A stretch of 64,000 bases of DNA, taken from NCBI GenBank assembly GCA_028707255.1, contig JAQTUQ010000006.1, forward strand, positions 8,832-72,831, read 5' to 3'. The notes below the pieces were generated by a model. That model worked only from the letters and a program-made list of their open reading frames with translations. It ran no database searches and was not told the origin of the DNA. Each line of letters starts with the position of its first letter. Within the stretch, counting starts at the first letter, position 1. The stretch comes from Dehalococcoidales bacterium (GTDB taxonomy: Bacteria; Chloroflexota; Dehalococcoidia; Dehalococcoidales; UBA5627). The position numbers and the translations under genes were made by a program. This document shows positions 57,307-64,000 of the stretch, in pieces.

Positions 57307-57954
57307 TTACTTGAACCGTTTCATTATCTTATTTTTTATGCTGAAAAAGTGTACCAATGGGTTGGAGGAGCGCCTTGTGATTTTACCCTGTTCCAGCGTG
57401 ATTAAAAAGTCCTCTTTCCCATTGAAATCGGGCATTTCGATAAAACTGACGCCTATTTCTGATATGGTATGGGCATCGCTGCCGGCGCTCTGCATGAAAT
57501 TATTTCTTTCGGCATATTCCAGCGCCTGTTTACGGTTTTGGAAGGGAAGCGTCCTGGCATTATGAACTTCGATTATATCGATTTCTTCCTTAATCGCTTC
57601 CAAGTTTATACCCTGATATGCCGATGAACGGAATCTGTCGAACGGATGTGGAATACAAACCAGTCCTTCCTGTTCCCGGATTCTCTTGATTGCTTCTTCG
57701 GGTGTTATCAGACTGGGTATTGTTTCTTGTAAGAACATTCCCATTATCTCCCCATGCGGCGTTAAAATTTCTTCAGCCACAATTATTTTAAAGGGAGCTA
57801 TTGCCTGCAATTTCAGTGCTCCTTCCGTTGTGCCGTGGTCGCATACCGCCAGGCAATTAATCCCTATCTTCAAACATCGCTGAATTATATCATCAAGTGA
57901 ATTATCGGAGTCCGGCGAATAGCGGCTATGAACATGCAGGTCTGCTTTCAGCAT
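57307..57954 (-). CDS. PHP-domain metal-dependent phosphoesterase
   Basis: N-terminal ADLHVHSRYSPDS and further His motifs (CDHGT, IPHPF, GSDAH). Confidence 0.75.
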   Translation of the reverse strand: MLKADLHVHSRYSPDSDNSLDDIIQRCLKIGINCLAVCDHGTTEGALKLQAIAPFKIIVAEEILTPHGEIMGMFLQETIPSLITPEEAIKRIREQEGLVCIPHPFDRFRSSAYQGINLEAIKEEIDIIEVHNARTLPFQNRKQALEYAERNNFMQSAGSDAHTISEIGVSFIEMPDFNGKEDFLITLEQGKITRRSSNPLVHFFSIKNKIMKRFK

Positions 57955-57957
57955 TTA

Positions 57958-58515
57958 TCAGTTTTTCCTTTCCAGATAAGCTCCCGACCTGGTATCTACT
58001 TTGACGATATCTCCTGTATTTACGAATAAGGGAACCTGAATGCTGATGCCGGTTTCCAGTCTTGCCGGTTTGGTTCCTGCGGTTGCCGTATCGCCTTTAA
58101 AGCCGGGGTCGGTCTCAACGACTTCGAGTTCGACAGCAACGGGTATCTCAATCCCGAGTATCTTTTCTTTATAACTCGATACTTCTACCTGCATCCCTTC
58201 TTTGAGGTAAGCAAGGGCATCTCCCAATTGCGATTCGTTTACGGTGATTTGTTCGAAATTCCCGGTGTCCATAAAGTAGTATAATCCGCCGTCATTGTAC
58301 AGATACTGCATATCGCGCATATCGAGATTGGCTCTTACGAATTTATCATCCGATTGGAAGCTCTGCTCGATGGTATGCCCTGCTACAATATCACGCAGTT
58401 TTACATGAGCCAGAGCTGTTCTTTTCATTTTTATATGCTTGTAATCTATAACCTGATACAGTTTATCGTTGAATACAATGACAACCCCTTTTCTTAGTTC
58501 CGAACCGCTTAACAT
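57958..58515 (-). CDS. efp: Elongation factor P
   Basis: 185 aa with the KOW-like domain I (…HVKLRD…G) and OB domains (…VETDPGFKGDTA…KPA.LETG…VPLF…G). Confidence 0.95.
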   Translation of the reverse strand: MLSGSELRKGVVIVFNDKLYQVIDYKHIKMKRTALAHVKLRDIVAGHTIEQSFQSDDKFVRANLDMRDMQYLYNDGGLYYFMDTGNFEQITVNESQLGDALAYLKEGMQVEVSSYKEKILGIEIPVAVELEVVETDPGFKGDTATAGTKPARLETGISIQVPLFVNTGDIVKVDTRSGAYLERKN

Positions 58516-58531
58516 TTAATCTCCTGAAATA

Positions 58532-59605
58532 CTATTTAATCGACTTTGAAAGTACGCTTATTTTACCATTTTTTATGATAACTGTATCTTCTATTCTCAC
58601 TCCTCCCCACCCAGGTATATAAATGCCCGGTTCTATGGTAAAGACCATATTCTCGGTTAAGATATTATCTGAAGTACGGCTCAAAGAGGGATTTTCATGT
58701 GTCGCAAGACCGATTCCATGTCCCAGGCTATGACCGAACGCTTCTCCGTATCCTGCTTCTTCGATAATGTTTCTGGCGAATCCATCGGCTTCCGCTCCTG
58801 TTGTCCCGCTGTTAATCTTCGAAATAGCTGACATCTGGGCATCGAGAACAATTCCGTATATTTTGTTGAAAACGGCATCCGCTTTTCCGATACATAACGT
58901 TCGGGTAACATCGCTGCAATATCCTTCAATTTTGGCGCCGAAATCGATGATGATGGGTTCTCCCTGCCTGATAACACGCTCCGATGGATGAGCATGCGGC
59001 AGCGCCGCATTGGGGCCGGAGCCGGCGATTATTTCAAAAGGTATCGATTGACTTCCCGCTTCATGCAGGGATTTTTCCAGTTCCCATGCCAGTTCTATTT
59101 CCGTCATTCCCGCGTGAATGATTTCCGAAATATGTTTAAACGCCTTATCGCTGATTTCTGCCGCGCGCCTGATGCAGTCGATTTCTTCCGGGTCTTTAAT
59201 AGCCCTTATGGTTTCGACTGTATCCTTCAGTGGCACAAGTTGCAATTGTATTCCTGTTTTCCCGATTATTCCCGACAGGTTTTGATATCTTTCAAAAGTG
59301 ATATCCGCAGATTCGAAGCCGAGCGTTTTGATATCAAGTCCATTTATTATTTCCGGGAACCACTTGCTGATACTTCCTGATAACTGGAACAGGGTATAAT
59401 CGGGTGCCTGTATTTTTATCTGCTCGACATAACGAAAATCGGTTGCCAGTATCATGCTATTTTGCGTGACAAAAAGATAACCGGCCGAGCCGTTGAAACC
59501 TGAAAGATAGTATCTGTTTTCAGGCTGGGATATTAAAATGGCGTCTACCTCTTTTTCATCGAGTATCTGCCTCAGTTTAGCGATTCTATTTTTTATCTGT
59601 ATCAA
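58532..59605 (-). CDS. pepP: Xaa-Pro aminopeptidase (M24B)
   Basis: Creatinase-like N-domain and pita-bread metal ligands (…DFGA…GYCSDVTRT…, …HSLGHGIG…, …FTIEPGIY…RIED). TTG 59605 with GGAAGGG upstream is preferred over the 59674 ORF start, which would overlap xerC by 89 nt. Confidence 0.85.
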   Translation of the reverse strand: MIQIKNRIAKLRQILDEKEVDAILISQPENRYYLSGFNGSAGYLFVTQNSMILATDFRYVEQIKIQAPDYTLFQLSGSISKWFPEIINGLDIKTLGFESADITFERYQNLSGIIGKTGIQLQLVPLKDTVETIRAIKDPEEIDCIRRAAEISDKAFKHISEIIHAGMTEIELAWELEKSLHEAGSQSIPFEIIAGSGPNAALPHAHPSERVIRQGEPIIIDFGAKIEGYCSDVTRTLCIGKADAVFNKIYGIVLDAQMSAISKINSGTTGAEADGFARNIIEEAGYGEAFGHSLGHGIGLATHENPSLSRTSDNILTENMVFTIEPGIYIPGWGGVRIEDTVIIKNGKISVLSKSIK

Positions 59606-60536
59606 TTTTCCCTTCCAATTTTGCCATCGGATGGGCAGCAAGGTATACCTTGCGCGCCTGCCCGTGAGTGACATGAGTGTAAATCTGCGTAGTCGACAGG
59701 TTTGCGTGTCCGAGCAGTTCCTGAACGACTCTCAGGTCGGCACCGCCATCAAGCATATGCGTGGCAAAAGTATGGCGCAATAAATGAGGGTGCACGTCTT
59801 TATTGATGCCGGCTAACCTGGCGTATTTACGCATAAGTATCTGTACCATGCGCTCGGTAAGCCGGTTACCGTCGCGGTTCAAAAACAGAGCTCCTCCCCC
59901 GTCCCTTTTTACCAGCAGTTTAGGCCTGCCATGAGAAAAATAGTTGTTTATGGCTGTTGCAGCGTGTTCTCCCATCAGTACGATGCGTTCTTTGGAACCC
60001 TTGCCCCAGACGCGTATTTCATAGCTTTCCATGTTTATATTATCGATATTCAGATTTACCAGTTCGCTCACGCGTAAACCGGAAGCGTATATCAGTTCCA
60101 TCAGGGCGCGGTCGCGTAACCCCTGCGACGTAGATAAATCGGGCGCATTTAATAAACTTACAACCTCTTCGATTGTTAAAAATTCGGGTAAACGTTTATC
60201 CAGCTTCGGAGAGACGGAATGTTCCAAGGGGTTGTTATCGAGAATATTCTCCCTTGACAGGTAACGATAAAAAGAACGGATGGCTGAAAGTTTGCGTGCG
60301 ATGCTGGCTTTGGCAACTCCCTGATTAGCTAAATAAGTCAGATACTCACGTAATACCCACTTATCTGCTTTTTCCAGCGAATCTATTTTTTTTAGCCGTA
60401 AAAACTGGAAAAAGCCTTTCTCTGTGCCGCGTTTGGAGTTACCGACAAGGTCGCTGGTATAGTTGCGTACCGTATAAGGCGATACGTTGCGCTCGGCTAT
60501 CAGATAATTGATATACCTGTTAAAAACTTCCTGCAT
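59586..60536 (-). CDS. xerC: Tyrosine recombinase XerC-like
   Basis: 316 aa with …RDRALMELIYASGLRVSEL…, …HPHLLRHTFATHML…, …LLGHANLSTTQIYTH…. It follows dprA-topA, a synteny known from Firmicutes (smf-topA-…-codV). Confidence 0.85.
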   Translation of the reverse strand: MQEVFNRYINYLIAERNVSPYTVRNYTSDLVGNSKRGTEKGFFQFLRLKKIDSLEKADKWVLREYLTYLANQGVAKASIARKLSAIRSFYRYLSRENILDNNPLEHSVSPKLDKRLPEFLTIEEVVSLLNAPDLSTSQGLRDRALMELIYASGLRVSELVNLNIDNINMESYEIRVWGKGSKERIVLMGEHAATAINNYFSHGRPKLLVKRDGGGALFLNRDGNRLTERMVQILMRKYARLAGINKDVHPHLLRHTFATHMLDGGADLRVVQELLGHANLSTTQIYTHVTHGQARKVYLAAHPMAKLEGKIDTDKK

Positions 60537-60541
60537 AGAGA

Positions 60542-62644
60542 TTAATCCTGCTGGAGTTTATTTTTATAATCGCATTTAGTGCATTTACCCCATTTTATTC
60601 TGTACTCTGTAACCAGCCCTCCGCATTTCGGGCAGGGTTGGGGTAACGGCTTTGTATTTATGGCAAAATTACACTTGGGAAAACTACTGCAACCGTAAAA
60701 CTTACGTTTCTTCTTACTGCGTTTTTCTATAATATCCGCACCGCAGTCAGGGCATTTGGCACCGGTCTTTATTTTAAATGAACTGGTATATTTACATTCG
60801 GGATAACCGCTGCATGCCATAAATTTACCGAAACGGCCAACCTTAATAACTACGGGTTTAGCACATAACGGACACAGTTCGCCGGTTTCCTCATCCGCTA
60901 ATTTAACCTTTTCAATAGCTTCGGTGGCTTTCTGCAGGTCGTCATTGAAAGGTTCATACAATTCTTTAACTACCTGTATCCAATCCATGCCTTCATTGGC
61001 GATTTTATCGAGGTCATTTTCCAGTTGAGCGGTGAAATCTATATTAACGATATTGGAGAAGTGCTGAAACAGCAGGTCGTTAACGATAATTCCCAGTTCC
61101 GTTGGTTTGAAACTGCCGCCGGGTTTGGTGACATACTCGCGTTCCTGAATGGTGGACAGAATAGGAGCATAGGTGCTCGGACGTCCGATACCCCATTGTT
61201 CCAGCATTTTAATCAACGTAGCCTCTGTATAGCGTGACGGCGGCCTGGTAAAATGCTGTTCGTCGAATAGACTTAATAGCTTCAGATTATCGCCTTTTAC
61301 CATCTGCGGCAACGCAGAAAACTTTTTTTCTTCTTCATCGTCTTTCTCTTCACTGTAAAGAATCATGAAACCGGGGAAAATATTGATTGAGCTCGTTGCC
61401 CTGAAGAGATATTTGTTTTTAGACAGAGTGCATTTGGCATCGATATCGACGGTCGTATTTTCAAAAGAGGCCTCAGCCATTTGGCTGGCTACCATTCTCT
61501 GCCATATCAGGTTATATATCTTATACTGTGTGGGATTGAGACACTGCTTAATGGAAGCGGGGGTTCTCCATGCCTTGGTCGGGCGTATTGCTTCGTGGGC
61601 TTCCTGCGCTCCTTTGACTTTGTGGAAAAAAGAGCGCGCATGAGCAGGTAAATATTCTGCGCCGTATTTTTCGGAAATATAATTTCTTACTTCTGCCAGC
61701 GCTGAAGGAGCTACATGTGTCGAGTCGGTTCTCATATAGGTAATCAGGCCGACGTTACCCTCGTTTCCGACGGGCAAACCTTCATAAAGTTGCTGTGCTG
61801 TAGCCATGGTCATCTTTGCGGTAAAGTGAAAGCGCCTCCAGGCTTCCTGTTGCAAAGTGCTTGTAATAAACGGAGGAGCCGGCTGGCGGGGTGTTTTCTT
61901 AACGCCGACCTTGCTAACACTGTAAGCGGCTTTTTCAAGTTCTGCTTTGATTGCTGTTGCCTCATCCCGGTTCTTGATTTCAGATTTGTTATTATCCGCT
62001 GTTTTAACCAGTAATGCACGGAAAGCCTCGCTGTCTCCGGCAGGGTCTTTTCGTAATTCGGCTTCGATAGTCCAGTATTCAACCGGAACAAAATTTTCGA
62101 TTTCGCGCTCGCGGTCTACTATGATTTTTACCGCCACCGACTGAACTCTTCCGGCTGACAAACCCTTTCTGACTTTACTCCACAAGAGTGGGCTGAGCTT
62201 GTATCCGACCAGTCTGTCAAGTATGCGGCGTGTTTGCTGTGCATTCACCAGTTGCATATCGATTTCGCGGGTGGATTTAAAGGCATGCGTTATAGCCTCC
62301 TGTGTTATTTCGTGGAAGGTAACGCGGCGGTATTTAATATCATTCAATTTTATAGCCTCGACAAGGTGCCAGGCAATAGCTTCTCCCTCTCGGTCGGGGT
62401 CTGTTGCCAGATATACGGTAGAGGCCGTCCTGGCGGCATCCTTGAGCTCTTTTACGGTTTTATTTTTATCCCTGGCAACAACATATTTGGGTTCGAAATT
62501 ATTATCTGTATCCACGCCCAAACGGCTTTTCGGTAAATCCCTGATATGCCCCAGAGAAGCCTTAATGGTATAGCCTTTGCCTAAAATTTTAGCCAGAGTC
62601 TTGGCTTTGGCAGGTGATTCTACTATCACAAGGTTGTTTTTCAT
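60542..62644 (-). CDS. topA: DNA topoisomerase I
   Basis: Toprim domain (LVIVESPAKAKT), catalytic Tyr context (ITYMRTDS), and C-terminal repeated 4-Cys zinc ribbons. Confidence 0.95.
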   Translation of the reverse strand: MKNNLVIVESPAKAKTLAKILGKGYTIKASLGHIRDLPKSRLGVDTDNNFEPKYVVARDKNKTVKELKDAARTASTVYLATDPDREGEAIAWHLVEAIKLNDIKYRRVTFHEITQEAITHAFKSTREIDMQLVNAQQTRRILDRLVGYKLSPLLWSKVRKGLSAGRVQSVAVKIIVDREREIENFVPVEYWTIEAELRKDPAGDSEAFRALLVKTADNNKSEIKNRDEATAIKAELEKAAYSVSKVGVKKTPRQPAPPFITSTLQQEAWRRFHFTAKMTMATAQQLYEGLPVGNEGNVGLITYMRTDSTHVAPSALAEVRNYISEKYGAEYLPAHARSFFHKVKGAQEAHEAIRPTKAWRTPASIKQCLNPTQYKIYNLIWQRMVASQMAEASFENTTVDIDAKCTLSKNKYLFRATSSINIFPGFMILYSEEKDDEEEKKFSALPQMVKGDNLKLLSLFDEQHFTRPPSRYTEATLIKMLEQWGIGRPSTYAPILSTIQEREYVTKPGGSFKPTELGIIVNDLLFQHFSNIVNIDFTAQLENDLDKIANEGMDWIQVVKELYEPFNDDLQKATEAIEKVKLADEETGELCPLCAKPVVIKVGRFGKFMACSGYPECKYTSSFKIKTGAKCPDCGADIIEKRSKKKRKFYGCSSFPKCNFAINTKPLPQPCPKCGGLVTEYRIKWGKCTKCDYKNKLQQD

Positions 62645-63784
62645 TTAATTAATCTCAATTTTATATAATTCTTTATTTTCGCGTATTTCGCGGCATAAGG
62701 CATAACTCATGGAACCTACTTGTTTTACCATGCCTTTAAGTTCCATCATAGCCAGTGTACTGCTGACGACCGATATCGGTAATCCGCTGGCACGGCAGAT
62801 TTCGTCGATATGCCTGGGTTCGGCTCCCAGTTGCCTGAGTATCACTGCTTCCGTATCCGAAGCAGGAATAATTTCTTTAACTTCGATTTGTTCGGCGACT
62901 GCGGTTAAATTAAGCTCCTGCAAGATATCTGCCGCATTGCACACAAGTCTGGCTGTGCCTTCCATTATGAGTTTGTTTGTGCCTATGCTGGCAGGAGATA
63001 ATACGCTTCCGGGGATGGCGAATACTTCGCGGTCCTGTTCAAATGCCAGGTGCGCTGTAATCAGAGAACCGCTGGTTTCTCCGGCTTCGATTACCAGCAC
63101 GCCGAGACACAATCCGCTCATAATGCGGTTACGGCGCGGGAAATTCTCCGGTCTCGGTTTTGTGCCCGGAGCGTATTCACTTATCATAGCTCCGTTTTTC
63201 AGTATATTACGCGCCAGATTGGCGTTTTCAGCCGGATAAACGCTGTCGAGACCTCCCCCCATTACCGCAATGGTTCTGCCGCCGGCATTCAGTGCGGACT
63301 GGTGGGCGATTGTATCGATACCTTTAGCCAAGCCGCTGATGACGGTTATTCTGTTTTTAGCCAGTTCAGATACTATTTCTTCGGTCAGTTGCCTTCCGTA
63401 GACGCTGGGGTTTCTAGTACCGACTACCGCCAGACAGTATTCATCTTCAGCTAATATATTACCTCGGACATAAATTACCGGCGGAAAATCATGTATCTCT
63501 TTCAGTCGGGCAGGATAATCCTTATCGTGATAATTGAAGGCTTTTATATTATGCTTTTCCAGTTTTTCTATCTCGGAGTCAAGCGATATCTTGGGTCGCC
63601 ATTGTGCAATAGAGTTCGTGGCATTATCATCAAGCCCGGCTTTTTTAAACTCATCGATGCCGGCGTTCCATGCTTTCCGAATATCGCCGAAGTAATTTTC
63701 GATCTGGGTAAATTTTACTCTGCCGATACCCGGAATCAGATTAAAACCGACCCAGTATTTGTTGTTTTCATTATTTGTAGTCAA
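62645..63784 (-). CDS. dprA: DNA-processing protein DprA
   Basis: Rossmann-like DprA core (…AVVGTRNPSVYG…, …ISGLAKGIDTIAH…, …VIEAGETSGSLITA…) and a C-terminal winged-helix domain. Confidence 0.9.
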   Translation of the reverse strand: MTTNNENNKYWVGFNLIPGIGRVKFTQIENYFGDIRKAWNAGIDEFKKAGLDDNATNSIAQWRPKISLDSEIEKLEKHNIKAFNYHDKDYPARLKEIHDFPPVIYVRGNILAEDEYCLAVVGTRNPSVYGRQLTEEIVSELAKNRITVISGLAKGIDTIAHQSALNAGGRTIAVMGGGLDSVYPAENANLARNILKNGAMISEYAPGTKPRPENFPRRNRIMSGLCLGVLVIEAGETSGSLITAHLAFEQDREVFAIPGSVLSPASIGTNKLIMEGTARLVCNAADILQELNLTAVAEQIEVKEIIPASDTEAVILRQLGAEPRHIDEICRASGLPISVVSSTLAMMELKGMVKQVGSMSYALCREIRENKELYKIEIN

Positions 63785-63885
63785 AGTGGTTACATTCTAG
63801 CACAATAATAATTAATAATGAAAAATATCGCCTTTGAATCCAGTGGTCAATTTGGGCATCCAACTTGAGGAGTCCGTATAAAAAG

Positions 63886-63975
<90 letters not shown>

Positions 63976-64000
63976 AAATCGGCCATGATAGTAAGAAAAT

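Overview
Gene-dense 64-kb chromosomal window with about 70 protein genes and one tRNA. I found no rRNA, CRISPR array or transposase. Most of it is housekeeping: xerD (5' partial), pcm, an EF-G2 paralog, prmC-prfA, hom-thrC, folE, ruvB-queH-rimI, trxA, aspS-tig-clpP, efp-pepP, xerC-topA-dprA and tRNA-Ser(GGA). There are three larger blocks. (i) A ~10-kb type IV pilus operon at 25.1-35.2 kb: HTH, LuxR-type regulator, pilB, pilC, two pilins, PilX-like, PilO-like, PilM/N fusion, pilT. (ii) A ~9-kb minus-strand one-carbon/acetyl-CoA synthase operon at 41.3-50.4 kb (fhs-RACo-folD-acsD-acsB-acsC-acsE) with no CODH and no metF in the window. (iii) A less conserved stretch at 14.2-24.8 kb with gene remnants, micro-ORFs, a STAS-DUF1990 fusion, a predicted nuclease trio and a repeat-rich coiled-coil protein. 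The combination of a bacterial Elp3, a CODH-less ACS/corrinoid cluster and EF-G2 fits a Dehalococcoidia-like Chloroflexota anaerobe, but that is inference only. The best candidates for something undescribed are these. (1) Elp3 sits divergently next to a clear Trm9-like methyltransferase and a Trm112-like zinc ribbon. (2) A CarH-type B12-binding sensor without a DNA-binding domain is coupled to a small Cys-motif protein. (3) An exonuclease / DUF2779 / DUF3820 trio. (4) A modular family of hairpin repeats occupies five intergenic regions. (5) A ~1-kb small-ORF segment is flanked by two gene remnants, each truncated on the side facing it. (6) ruvB has no canonical start codon for its conserved N-terminus. 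All homology calls come from reading the translations by eye; no searches were run.
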